A stretch of DNA of 41,747 bases. Origin: an uncultured bacterium. GTDB taxonomy: Bacteria > DYJV01. The translations under genes and the position numbers were made by a program. Where the stretch lies: the NCBI GenBank assembly GCA_964543655.1, contig CAZIZE010000067.1, forward strand, positions 1 through 41,747, given 5' to 3'. The notes under the pieces were generated by a model. That model saw only the letters and a program-made list of their open reading frames with translations, ran no database searches and had not been told where the DNA came from. Positions 10,106 to 20,200 of this stretch are shown here, piece after piece. Numbering within the stretch: position 1 is the first letter of the stretch; every line of letters starts with the position of its first letter.

Positions 10106-10681
10106 TTAGCCCCCTAATAAATTTCTTAATAATTTGTTTTTATCAATAATCATATTTTGAAATTCTGAATCTTTAACTCCAATAACATTAACTTCAAATT
10201 TGCTAAAAATACTTCCAAGCTCTCTTTTATCAAAAAGGTTCAAAACTTCTCTATTATCAAGATATTTCTTTATCTTTTTATAACTGTTAATGGAAATATC
10301 TTTTGCAATAATAATAACTTTAAATTTATATTTATCAAAGGTTTCTATAAATTTATTTAATGTGGCTACTAACATTCCTGATTTATTTGCTATTTTTAGA
10401 TTATTTAATATTTCTCTTTTTAAATTGTCAATAGCTATATTTATCATTTTTTCTTTTTGGAAAATGAAATCTTTATCAATCTTTAAGTTCTTTTTAATTA
10501 CTGCTTTATTTAATAAATTAAAACAATTTAAATCTTTACACGTGTAAAAACCTCTACCTTCTAACTTCTGAAAATAATCTAAAACAACTTCATTATTGTA
10601 AATGGTAAATCTAAACAAATCTTTTTTACTTTTAGGTGTTTTGCAAATAACACAGGTTCTTAAAAATCTATTCTTCGCCAT
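10106..10681 (-). CDS. YlxR (DUF448) fused to an L7Ae-like YlxQ domain
   Basis: The start is probably ATG at 10681 ([14 protein letters not shown]...). The N-terminal RTCVxC...LFRF is the YlxR signature. The C-terminal half ([10 protein letters not shown]...[13 protein letters not shown]...RELGSIFSK...VIGVKD) matches the L7Ae/YlxQ fold. Overlaps the nusA 3' end by 14 nt. Confidence 0.7.
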   Translation of the reverse strand: MAKNRFLRTCVICKTPKSKKDLFRFTIYNNEVVLDYFQKLEGRGFYTCKDLNCFNLLNKAVIKKNLKIDKDFIFQKEKMINIAIDNLKREILNNLKIANKSGMLVATLNKFIETFDKYKFKVIIIAKDISINSYKKIKKYLDNREVLNLFDKRELGSIFSKFEVNVIGVKDSEFQNMIIDKNKLLRNLLGG

Positions 10682-11942
10682 TATTTTCTTCTGTCTGCTC
10701 CTGAGCCTTTGTTTCTTCCAGCACTTCTTTAGCTGCATCAACTATTTCATATGCTTTATCAACATCTATCCCAAGTATATCAGCCAAATCATCTGGATCA
10801 GCTTCAACAAGTGATGGGATAGTCCTAAAACCCTCATCATAGAGTATTCTCATGGTAATAAAATCCATACCAAGTTTATCTTTTAATGGTTTGTAAACTT
10901 TTTCAAAATCTTCATCAGATTGAGATTCACTCTTAATATCTATTCTAAAGCCTGTTAATTTAGCTGCTAATTTAACATTTTGCCCTCTTTTCCCAATAGC
11001 AAGTGAAAGATTTTCATTGGGCACTATAATTTCCATTGTTCTGCCATCTTCACCAAGCAAAATTTTTGTAATCTGTGCAGGTGACAGAGCATTAATAACA
11101 TATTTAATGGGGTCTGGATCCCATCTCACTATATCAATCCTTTCACCATTTAGCTCCCTCACCACTCCATTAACTCTTGAGCCTCTAACACCTACACAGG
11201 CTCCAACACAATCTATATCAACATTTTTTGAAGTTACAGCGATTTTGGCTCTATTTCCAGGATCTCTTGCAGCTCCCTTTATCTCAACAAATTTTTCATA
11301 TATCTCCGGCACTTCCATTTCAAACAATCTAATAAGCAGATTAGGATGTGTCCTTGATAGAATAATCTGAGGTCCTTTAGCTTCTCTCTTAACATCAATA
11401 ATAACTGATTTAATTCTCTCTCCCTGTTTAAAATTATCTGCTGGTGACTGCTCTACTTTTGGAATTACACCTTCAGTTTTTCCAAGGTTAACTATAATAT
11501 TACCAAATTCTGATCTCTGGTAAAAACCTATAACAAGCTCGCCAATTCTGTTTTTATATTCATTGTAAATAGCTTCTTTTTCAGCTTCTCTGATTTTGTT
11601 AATAATAGTGTTTTTAGCCTGCTGAACAGCAATCCTTCCAAGCTCTTCTGAATCAATTTTTAAACCAAGATAATCACCTATTTGCACTTCTGGGTCTATC
11701 TCTTTTGCCTCTTCATAAGAAATTTGAGTATAAGAATTCTCAACTTTTTCAACAACTTCAATAAACTCAAAAACTTCAACTTCTCCAGTCTCCTCATTAT
11801 ATTGAGCTTCTAATTCTCTGTCAGGATACTTTTTCTTTGCAGCTGTAAGAACAGCCTCTTCAATCCCCTGAATTAATTTCTCAATGTCAATATTTTTTTC
11901 TTTGCTAACTTGCTCTAATACAAAACTAAGTTTAAATCCCAT
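10668..11942 (-). CDS. nusA: Transcription termination/antitermination factor NusA
   Basis: 424 aa. N-terminal domain, S1 and two KH domains (LAIGKRGQNVKLA, GVRGSRV). Confidence 0.9.
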   Translation of the reverse strand: MGFKLSFVLEQVSKEKNIDIEKLIQGIEEAVLTAAKKKYPDRELEAQYNEETGEVEVFEFIEVVEKVENSYTQISYEEAKEIDPEVQIGDYLGLKIDSEELGRIAVQQAKNTIINKIREAEKEAIYNEYKNRIGELVIGFYQRSEFGNIIVNLGKTEGVIPKVEQSPADNFKQGERIKSVIIDVKREAKGPQIILSRTHPNLLIRLFEMEVPEIYEKFVEIKGAARDPGNRAKIAVTSKNVDIDCVGACVGVRGSRVNGVVRELNGERIDIVRWDPDPIKYVINALSPAQITKILLGEDGRTMEIIVPNENLSLAIGKRGQNVKLAAKLTGFRIDIKSESQSDEDFEKVYKPLKDKLGMDFITMRILYDEGFRTIPSLVEADPDDLADILGIDVDKAYEIVDAAKEVLEETKAQEQTEENNGEE

Positions 11943-11952
11943 TTTAGCACCT

Positions 11953-12417
11953 CTAAAATTTATAAATCAAATTTGCTTTTTTTATTTGAGAAATATTTAC
12001 TTCAAGCTCCTCATTATCTGTCTTTACAATCATATTATTACCTATAATTTCTTTTAAGGTTCCTTTAATATTTCTTCTGTTATTTTTCATTGGCTCAATT
12101 AGTTGTATTTTAACTTTTTCTCCTATCACTTTTTTAAAATGCTCAATTTTCCTAAGAGGTCTATTTAATCCTGGTGAAGATACCTCAAAATTGTATGGAA
12201 AATTTATACTTAACTCAACATCAAGAATGGGGTCTACTAGCTCACTTATTTTAGAGCAATCATCAATGGTAACTCCACCATCCTTATCAATGTAAAGTCT
12301 GAGCACCCATCCTTTCTGCTCTCTCAAAAACTCTACAAAAAGAAGCTCATAGCCTATTGAATCAAGATAATCCTCAATTAATTCATAAACTTTTTGCTCT
12401 ATTTTTTTACTTTCCAT
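11953..12417 (-). CDS. rimP: Ribosome maturation factor RimP
   Basis: From ATG 12417, the 154-aa protein aligns along its whole length with E. coli RimP (GYEL..VEF, LRLYIDKDGGVTIDDC, EVSSPGLNRPL, KANL). The track ORF starts upstream at a TTG and looks over-extended. Confidence 0.85.
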   Translation of the reverse strand: MESKKIEQKVYELIEDYLDSIGYELLFVEFLREQKGWVLRLYIDKDGGVTIDDCSKISELVDPILDVELSINFPYNFEVSSPGLNRPLRKIEHFKKVIGEKVKIQLIEPMKNNRRNIKGTLKEIIGNNMIVKTDNEELEVNISQIKKANLIYKF

Positions 12418-12423
12418 TTTACC

Positions 12424-12453
12424 AATAAAAAAAGTGGGCTGTTGACCCACTTT
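12424..12453 (-). terminator. Intrinsic-terminator-like hairpin plus U7 in the rimP leader; candidate attenuator
   Basis: Minus strand reads AAAGTGGG-tcaacag-CCCACTTTTTTTTATTGG, about 13 nt upstream of the rimP ATG. Confidence 0.45.
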
Positions 12454-12684
12454 CATTTTTAGTGCCAACAAATACAATTTTTCTCAAATTATCATATAAA
12501 ATATGAGAAATCAAGTATTTTTTAACATGTATTTTAGAATGGCAATATGAAGTAAAAGTAAAAAGAGTTAGTGATATATAGATTTTTTATTAAAAGGAAA
12601 ATACTGTATCTGAAAATATCTCATACAAAAACAAAATATTTAATCACTTTATGAACTAACAACCAACAACCAACAACTAACCTT

Positions 12685-12703
12685 GTCCCGGGATTACCGG
12701 GAC
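12685..12703 (-). terminator. Hairpin GTCCCGG-n5-CCGGGAC downstream of the oxidoreductase gene, followed on the minus strand by a G/U-rich (GTTGTTGG)n tract
   Basis: Perfect 7-bp GC-rich inverted repeat, 37 nt past the stop codon. The tail is only moderately U-rich. Confidence 0.4.
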
Positions 12704-12739
12704 ATAAAAAGGAGGGGTAACATAAAAGTCTGAAAAATT

Positions 12740-14092
12740 TTACAAATTTTTCAATTTAAAATACGCATCACCAGCTGCTCTATTAATATGATGCGCTATT
12801 GGAGAACCTGTTAATAGAGGATGTGTAGCTATCTGCATTAAATAAAGCTCTTCTGCTGTAAGTCCTGCTTGAATGGCAACAGCAATAATATTTACCATTT
12901 CACCAGCCATACTGCTGCCTTTAATATGACCACCAATAATTTTCCCATTATCTTTTCTAAAAATTAAAATTGCCTTCATATCCTTATATGTGTCAGGAAG
13001 GGTAGCAGGATGCTTGTCAGGACCAACAAACTCACCAGCAACATAAGCTATGTTTTCTCTTTCACAGCTAATTCTTGTAAAACCAGCTGAGCCTAACGCA
13101 ACATCTCCTATTTTTGTTGAAAAAGCACCTACAGCTCCTTTATTTTCAACTCTATTTCCAATAATATTATTTCCAGCAACTATTCCCTCATATGCAGCAA
13201 CTGAAGCAAGTCTTATCCCTGCTGGTTTACCTGTAATAAATGAAAACTTCTGCACACAATCACCAGCAGCATAAATATCTTTAACTTCTGTTTCCATAAA
13301 TCTGTTTACAATTATACCACCTCTTTTATCAAACGGAATGTTATTCTTTTGCGCAATTTCCACATTTGGAGCTGCTCCAACACCAATAATTACAACATCT
13401 GCCTTTATCCATTTTCCATCTTTTAAAATAACCTTTTGAACTCTATCTTTTCCTTCAAGTTTTACTACCTGGCTATTTGTAAAAATATTCACTCCAAGCT
13501 TTTTCAACTGTTCTTCAGCTTCTATACAAAATTCTTCCTCTATTGCAGCCATTAAACAATGAGGCAACATTTCAATAATTGTAATATTTGCGCTATCTCC
13601 CTTTAGCTTCGCTATCTGCTCTGACATTTCCACACCAATAAAACCACCTCCAATTATAACAATATCTGTTGCACCACCTAATTTATCTTCAATAACTTGC
13701 AAATCTTTAGGATTTTTCTCAATAGCATAAACATTTCCAAGTTCAATTCCCTCAATTGGAGGAACAAAAGGAATGGAACCGGTAGCAATAAGCAACTTAT
13801 TGTAATTAATAGAATCTCCGTTATAAAAAACCTCTTTTTTTTCCTTATCTATTTTTTTAACCTCTGCCACTCGAATATCAATACCCATTGAAGAAAAATG
13901 CTCATCAGGAATGATATCTTTTTTAACATCTTTCAAAGTTCCATAAATGTATGGTATTCCACATGGAACAGGAGTTTTTTCAACTTTTCTAAAAAGAACC
14001 ACCTTTGCATCTGGCTTATTCCTCTTTATTGTAAGAGCTGCTGACAATCCTGCTGCTGAAGCACCAACAATTACAACATCTGCACGTTCCAT
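12740..14092 (-). CDS. FAD-dependent pyridine nucleotide-disulfide oxidoreductase, NADH oxidase / CoA-disulfide reductase family
   Basis: 450 aa. GxGxxG at the N-terminus (VVIVGASAAG), a redox Cys in PVPCGIPY (like SFANCALPY in Nox/CoADR), and a second dinucleotide fold (VIIGGGFIG). Confidence 0.75.
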   Translation of the reverse strand: MERADVVIVGASAAGLSAALTIKRNKPDAKVVLFRKVEKTPVPCGIPYIYGTLKDVKKDIIPDEHFSSMGIDIRVAEVKKIDKEKKEVFYNGDSINYNKLLIATGSIPFVPPIEGIELGNVYAIEKNPKDLQVIEDKLGGATDIVIIGGGFIGVEMSEQIAKLKGDSANITIIEMLPHCLMAAIEEEFCIEAEEQLKKLGVNIFTNSQVVKLEGKDRVQKVILKDGKWIKADVVIIGVGAAPNVEIAQKNNIPFDKRGGIIVNRFMETEVKDIYAAGDCVQKFSFITGKPAGIRLASVAAYEGIVAGNNIIGNRVENKGAVGAFSTKIGDVALGSAGFTRISCERENIAYVAGEFVGPDKHPATLPDTYKDMKAILIFRKDNGKIIGGHIKGSSMAGEMVNIIAVAIQAGLTAEELYLMQIATHPLLTGSPIAHHINRAAGDAYFKLKNL

Positions 14093-14204
14093 TATCTACC
14101 TCCTAAATTTTATTTGACATATTATAATTAGTAGTGTAATTATTATATGCCTTATTTTGATGTTTGTCAATATTTATTTTAATATTATTTTAAATAGAGG
14201 TTAA

Positions 14205-14233
14205 TTGACAGAGTAACGATTTTGAGCTATACA
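14205..14233 (+). promoter_or_regulatory. Near-consensus sigma70 promoter, TTGACA-N17-TATACA, upstream of the tsaA-like/efflux operon
   Basis: -35 at 14205-14210 and -10 at 14228-14233. The predicted TSS is about 14240, just before the uORF ATG. Confidence 0.5.
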
Positions 14234-14247
14234 GGATTAATTATAGC

Positions 14248-14265
14248 ATGAAAGTGAAAAATTAA
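14248..14265 (+). CDS. 5-codon upstream ORF (MKVKN); its TAA stop overlaps the tsaA-like ATG (TAATG)
   Basis: Direct reading: atg aaa gtg aaa aat taa. The downstream gene has no SD of its own. Confidence 0.2.
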   Translation: MKVKN

Positions 14266-14756
14266 TGGAAAAAATTACTTTTTCTCCCATTGGAATAGTG
14301 CACTCACCATTTAAAAATCCTCAAGATACACCTATTCAAACTACTGTTTCTAAAAGCTCTGATTCAAATATTGAAATATTTTCTGAATATTTAGATGGGC
14401 TTAAAGATTTAGATGGTTTTTCACATATTATCATTATTTTTTACTTTCATCTCAGCAATGAATACTCTTTACTGGTAAAACCTCACATGGATAATGAATT
14501 ACATGGGGTTTTTTCAACACGCTCACCTAAAAGGCCAAATCCTATTGGTTTTTCAATTGTAAAATTAAATAAAATTTTAAAAAATATTCTATTTATAAAT
14601 GGTATTGATATGGTCGATGGAACACCTATACTTGACATTAAACCTTATGTGAATAAATTTGATTGTAGAGAAAATGTTAAAATTGGGTGGCTATCTAACA
14701 ATATCCATAAAATTGATTTATTAGAAAATAATGGAAGAACTTTTAAGAAATTATGA
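14265..14756 (+). CDS. tsaA: TsaA/YaeB-family (UPF0066) SAM-dependent methyltransferase-like protein, core domain only
   Basis: Motifs: PIGIVHSPF, FSHIIIIFYFH, GVFSTRSPKRPNPIG, DGTPILDIKPY. 163 aa. Confidence 0.7.
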   Translation: MEKITFSPIGIVHSPFKNPQDTPIQTTVSKSSDSNIEIFSEYLDGLKDLDGFSHIIIIFYFHLSNEYSLLVKPHMDNELHGVFSTRSPKRPNPIGFSIVKLNKILKNILFINGIDMVDGTPILDIKPYVNKFDCRENVKIGWLSNNIHKIDLLENNGRTFKKL

Positions 14757-14767
14757 GGTATAGATTA

Positions 14768-16060
14768 ATGAAAAAATTTATTATATTTCTTTTAATTCTC
14801 TTAAGTACCAATCTTTCTGCAAATGATTATTTTAATACGTTGATTAAAACAGCTTTTAAAAACAATTATTTTATTAAATCTTATGAAAAACTTGTTGAAA
14901 AATCAAAGCTAAACATAAAAATTGCAAACTCTTACTTTTTGCCAACAATAAATTTTGGATATAACTTTACTCAAACTAATGAGCCTGGAAGTGCTGCTTT
15001 TTTTAAATCAAAACAGGGCAAATTTACAATGTCTTACTATTACAAACATATGACAGATCCACCTTTTGTAAAAAATAATCAATATATTGTATCCATAATG
15101 CAACCAATTTTTTCAAAAGGTAATATATATCTTTCCAAAAAACAGGCAAAGCTCCAATATGAAGCTTATGTTGATTCTCTAAAACAGATAAAGAGAGAGA
15201 TAAAATTCCAAATTTTTAAAACATTAATTAATGGCTATAAAATACTTGATTATATAGACATAGCAAAGGCTGTAGAGAAAAAATCTGAAACTTATTACAA
15301 TACAATTAAAAACCTGTATAAAAATGGAACTGCTTTAAAATCTGACCTTTTATTTGCAAAATTTAACCTTGAAAAAGCAAAAGTTGAACTAAACGCAACA
15401 AAAAATAATCTTTCAAAAGTAGAAAATATAATAAAACAACTAACAGGTAAAAAATTTAAAATAAAAAAGATAGATTTTAAATACTCAGATAAATTAAACA
15501 ATTCTGAACTTATTAATTATGCTCTTGTTCACAGAGATGACTTAAATGCATTAAAAAAATATCTTGAAATGGCCAAAATTGAAATTAAAAAAAAGAAAAA
15601 TGAATACCTTCCATCTGTTTATGGTTTTGCCCAATATGAAAGAAACTCTGATAAAGTGTTTCAGAAAGAGAAAGATGGAATAACAGCTGGTATTGGAGTA
15701 AAATTTAATATTTTTAATGGCTTTAGAGATGTTACAAATATCAACAGAGCAACAGAGTCCTATTTACAATTGAAAAACAATCTTTTAAATCAACAGCAGA
15801 CTATTATAAGAGAGATTAACAACGCTATTATTGATTTTAATAATGCAAAATTTGCTTATAATACTTACAAATCACTTGTTAAGTCTAATAAAATCGCATT
15901 AAAATTAAGTGAAAACAGGTTTAATCAAGGAATAGAAAGGATAACCACTCTTACTGATATGTTGACCAATTACAAAACTTCACTTAAAGAATTGTCAAAA
16001 AGCAGGTGGGAGCTGATTTTAAAATATTATACCTGTTTGTTTAAAGCAGGGAAATTTTAA
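14768..16060 (+). CDS. TolC-like outer-membrane efflux protein (OEP family)
   Basis: Signal peptide followed by alpha-helical coiled repeats. Start ATG 14768 is favoured because GAGG lies 8 nt upstream. An alternative ATG at 14753 overlaps the tsaA stop as ATGA. Confidence 0.8.
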   Translation: MKKFIIFLLILLSTNLSANDYFNTLIKTAFKNNYFIKSYEKLVEKSKLNIKIANSYFLPTINFGYNFTQTNEPGSAAFFKSKQGKFTMSYYYKHMTDPPFVKNNQYIVSIMQPIFSKGNIYLSKKQAKLQYEAYVDSLKQIKREIKFQIFKTLINGYKILDYIDIAKAVEKKSETYYNTIKNLYKNGTALKSDLLFAKFNLEKAKVELNATKNNLSKVENIIKQLTGKKFKIKKIDFKYSDKLNNSELINYALVHRDDLNALKKYLEMAKIEIKKKKNEYLPSVYGFAQYERNSDKVFQKEKDGITAGIGVKFNIFNGFRDVTNINRATESYLQLKNNLLNQQQTIIREINNAIIDFNNAKFAYNTYKSLVKSNKIALKLSENRFNQGIERITTLTDMLTNYKTSLKELSKSRWELILKYYTCLFKAGKF

Positions 16061-16081
16061 ATAACAGAAGGAGAAATAAAA

Positions 16082-17248
16082 TTGAAAAGAGTCGCCATAA
16101 CAGGATTGATACTTTTTTTTATAATCTTAGGATGCTCAAAAAAAGAGGAGACTAAAAGAGAAAATCAAGAGAAAACTCCTATAGAAGTCTCTGTAAAAAA
16201 ATTATCATTTCAAAAAGTTCCTGTTTACACTGAAATAACAGGTTTTGTTAAATCAAAATATCTTGCTGATATTTCACCAAAAATTAATGGTTACATAGAA
16301 GAGATAAAATTCAAAGAAGGCGATTATGTAAAAAAAGGGGAGATAATTGCCATTATTCAAAATAAAGAAACTGTTGATAAATTAAAAAGTTTAAAATCAC
16401 AGCTCAATGCAGCAAAATCACAATTAAAACAGATTGAACAGCTGTCAAAAATTGATGAAAAATCTCTGCTTCAGGCAAAATCAAATTTTGATTTTGCAAA
16501 AAAGACTTATATTAGGTTTAAAAATCTTTTAAAATCAGAAAGTGTTACAAAACAGGAGTTTGACAGAGTTCTCAATGAATATAATAACTCAAAACTTCAA
16601 CTTGAAAAAGCAAAAGATTTGCTAAAAATTGATAATTTAAAAAAAGCTGAAGCAGAAAGCAACATACTTTCTTTGAAAAATAGTATAAATTCTTTATCAG
16701 TAATTTCAAAATATAGATTTGTAAAAGCGCCTTTTTCTGGAATTATCACCAAAAAATTCATTGATAAGGGTAATTTCATCAATGTTGGCATGCCAATTTT
16801 AGAAATAGCATCACTTGATAAGCAAGGTTATCTTTATGTTCCATATAGATATATACACAAAGTTAAAAAAGGAGATTGTGTTCTAATGAAAGGAGGAAAA
16901 TTTTATATCACAGATATTTCTCCAGATATTGATAAAAGCTCATCTCAATTTTTAATAAAAATAGATGTTGGGAAAAATTTTATTAATGGAGAGTTCTTAG
17001 AAGCTAAAATAAAAACTGGCACTAAAAATGCCCTTTTAATTGAAAAAAGATATGTTAGAGAAATTGATGGATTCAAATATACTTTTATTGTTAAGGATAA
17101 TTTTATAATTAAAGCTTATATAAAGGTAAAAAATTTTAATAATAAAAAATATGAAGTTATCAGCGGGCTAAACAGCGGGGACTTGCTTATTGTTAAGCCT
17201 TTTAATAAATTAAAAGATAATTGGCCTTGCACATACACTATAAATTAA
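16082..17248 (+). CDS. RND efflux periplasmic adaptor (HlyD/MFP family) lipoprotein
   Basis: TTG start with AAGGAG 8 nt upstream. Lipobox ILGC, a coiled-coil hairpin, and a beta-barrel domain. Confidence 0.8.
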   Translation: MKRVAITGLILFFIILGCSKKEETKRENQEKTPIEVSVKKLSFQKVPVYTEITGFVKSKYLADISPKINGYIEEIKFKEGDYVKKGEIIAIIQNKETVDKLKSLKSQLNAAKSQLKQIEQLSKIDEKSLLQAKSNFDFAKKTYIRFKNLLKSESVTKQEFDRVLNEYNNSKLQLEKAKDLLKIDNLKKAEAESNILSLKNSINSLSVISKYRFVKAPFSGIITKKFIDKGNFINVGMPILEIASLDKQGYLYVPYRYIHKVKKGDCVLMKGGKFYITDISPDIDKSSSQFLIKIDVGKNFINGEFLEAKIKTGTKNALLIEKRYVREIDGFKYTFIVKDNFIIKAYIKVKNFNNKKYEVISGLNSGDLLIVKPFNKLKDNWPCTYTIN

Positions 17249-17260
17249 AATTTTAAGGAG

Positions 17261-20200
17261 ATGAGTAATTTGCAAAAGCAGGGTATAGCTGAAAAAATCA
17301 CAAAACTTTTTATTGATTCCAAAATAACACCACTAATAATTGTTGGTGTGATGTTAATTGGTATTTTTGCAGTTATTTTAACACCTAAAGAGGAGGATCC
17401 ACAAATTGTTGTACCAATGATAGATATTTTTGTACCATATCCAGGTGCAAGTGCAAAAGAGGTTGAAAAAAGAGTTACTGCTCCTCTTGAAAAAATTATG
17501 TGGGAAATTCCTGGTGTAAAATATGTTTACTCTATTGCAAAAAATGGAATGGGTCTGGTTATTGTTAGATTCAAAGTTGGAATGAATGAAGAAAAAGCAC
17601 TTGTTAAACTTTATACAAAAATTAGATATAATATGGATAGAATGCCCAATGGTGTTATGCCACCATTAATAAAAAATATGTCTATAAACCAGGTACCGCA
17701 AATTGCCATAACATTTTATTCTAAAAAATATTCTCCCATTTTTATTAGAAAAGTAGCTGCTGAAGTTGCAAGGAAATTATCTGAAATTAATGGAGTTGCA
17801 CAATGCACAATTATTGGTGGTATAAAAAGTGATGTTACAATAGAACCAGATTTGAAAAAAATAAAGGAGTATCATATTGATATTTTTTCAATTATAAAGT
17901 CATTGCAGGGAGAAAACTTTCAAGCTTTTTCATCAAATCTATCTGAAAAAAATAAAAATATTCATATAAAAGTATCCAATTTTTTCAAAAGTATAAACAA
18001 CATAAAAAATGTTGTAGTTGGCGTTAGAAATAGAAAAGTAATTTATTTAAAAGATGTTGCAAAAGTATACCCTTACAATAAGATAAGAAAAAATTATGTA
18101 GAAACTTTAGCAGGCAATTCCATCTTTCCTGCTGTAACTCTTGCTATTGCTAAGAAAAAAGGTTTTGACACTGTTGTAGTTTGTGATAAAATTTTAGAAA
18201 AATTAAAGTTTTTAAAAAGAACTTTTTTACCCAATGGGCTTGAATATCAAATTACAAGAAATTATGGAAGGTCAGCACTTGACAAAGTTAAAACATTGCT
18301 TGAGCATTTAAGTGGAGCAATAATCTCTGTTCTATTGGTTGTAGCTATATTCATAGGATTTAGAGCTGGAATTGTTACTTTTATTACAGTTCCTGTTACA
18401 TTTGCTTTAACTCTGTTTATTTACTATCTTTTTGGTTATACATTAAACAGAGTTACTCTTTTTGCCCTAATTTTTGTTACCGGTATTGTGGTAGATGATG
18501 CAATAATTGTTGTTGAAAATATAGAAAGACATCTATCTATAAAAGGGAAACTCACCTTTAATGATGCAATAAAAGCTGTTGGAGAAGTTGGAAATCCAAC
18601 AATTCTTGCAACACTAACTGTTATAATTGCAATTTATCCAATGGCTTTTGTTAGAGGACTAATGGGACCTTATATGAAACCTATGCCTGAAGGTGCCACA
18701 TTATCAATGATTTTTTCACTCCTAATAGCATTAACAATTGCACCTTGGCTTACAATGAAGCTTCTGCCCAAAGAGGAAAAAGAGAAAAGCACCTCAAAAA
18801 AATTGTACAATATCTATAAATCAATTTTCACATTTTTACTTGGTTCAAAAATAAGGTCTTTTCTATTCTTACTTGCTGTTTTTGCAATGTTTATAGGTAG
18901 TCTCATGTTTATTCCATCTAAAGCTGTTGTAATGAAAATGCTACCCTTTGATAATAAAGATGAAATTCAGGTAGTTATTGATATGCCAACCTATACAACC
19001 CTTGAGCAAACTCACAATGTTGCAAAAACTCTTGCTTATAACCTTGAAAAAATAAAAGAAGTGAAAAGTTTTCAAATATATACTGGTACATCGTCACCTT
19101 TTAATTTTAATGGGTTGGTTAGGCATTACTATTTGAGAAAAGAGCCATATCAGGCTGATATTGCTGTAAATCTTGTTGATAAAAGTCAGAGAAAATTAAA
19201 GAGCCACGATATAGCCAAAAAAATAAGAAAAACTTTACTACCAATTGCAAAAAAATTGGGAGCAAGAATTAAAATAGCAGAAATTCCTCCAGGTCCCCCT
19301 GTTCTCTCTACACTTGTTGCAGAAGTATATGGAGATAATGATAGGGAGCGACTTAAAGTAGCAAAAGAAATAAAGAATATTTTTGAGCATACAAAAGGGG
19401 TTGTAGATATTGATTGGTATGTTGAGGACAATGTAAAAGAATATAGATTTATTATTAATAAAACAAAAGCTGCAACATATGGAGTTCCTGTATCAAAAAT
19501 TGTTAAAACCATAAAAATTTATACATCTGGGCTACCACTTGGCTTGCTCCATACTTACAATAGAGAGCCTGAACAGATAAAATTGATTTTACCAGAAAAA
19601 GATAGAAATTCCATTTCAACATTGAAAAATATCAAAATATATTCTATGAATGGTCACCTTGTACCTTTATCTGAGCTTGTTACTATTAAAACAGGAATTA
19701 AATCAAAGCCTATTTATCATAAAAATTTAAAAAAAGTGACATACGTAATAGCTGATGTTTCAGGCAAGTTAGAGAGTCCTGTTTATGCAATGTTAAAGAT
19801 GATGGGAAAAATTGAAAAACTTAAAATTAAGCAGTTTTTTACTTCTCTACCAGATAACACATTTAAAGTTTCTATGAAATGGGATGGTGAATGGCAGGTT
19901 ACATATGAAGTATTTAGGGACCTTGGTATTGCTTTTGGTGTTGTCCTTATTATTTTATACCTGATTCTTGCTGCATGGTTTAAGTCTTACATAAATCCTC
20001 TTATTATGATGATTCCCATTCCATTAACTTTAATTGGAATTTTACCCGGACACTATATTTTTCATAAATTTTTCACAGCTACATCAATGATAGGTTTTAT
20101 AGCTCTTGCAGGAATTATGGTTAGAAACTCCATACTTTTAATTGATTTTATTGAAATAGCACTATCTGAAGGAAAAGGTTTAAAAGAATCAGTTATTGAA

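Noticed and set aside
12707-12740. Strong plus-strand SD-like AAAGGAGGGG at 12707-12716, with no start codon following
   Set aside because: No ATG, GTG or TTG lies within 5-12 nt downstream on the plus strand (the sequence is TAACATAAAAG...). It is probably a coincidental purine run beside the minus-strand terminator hairpin.
14753-14770. The track start of the TolC-like ORF at 14753
   Set aside because: The ATG at 14768 has a GAGG SD at 8-nt spacing and yields a canonical signal peptide (MKKFIIFLLILLSTNLSA). The 14753 start would add the non-signal-like MRYRL and overlaps the tsaA stop. I kept it only as an alternative.
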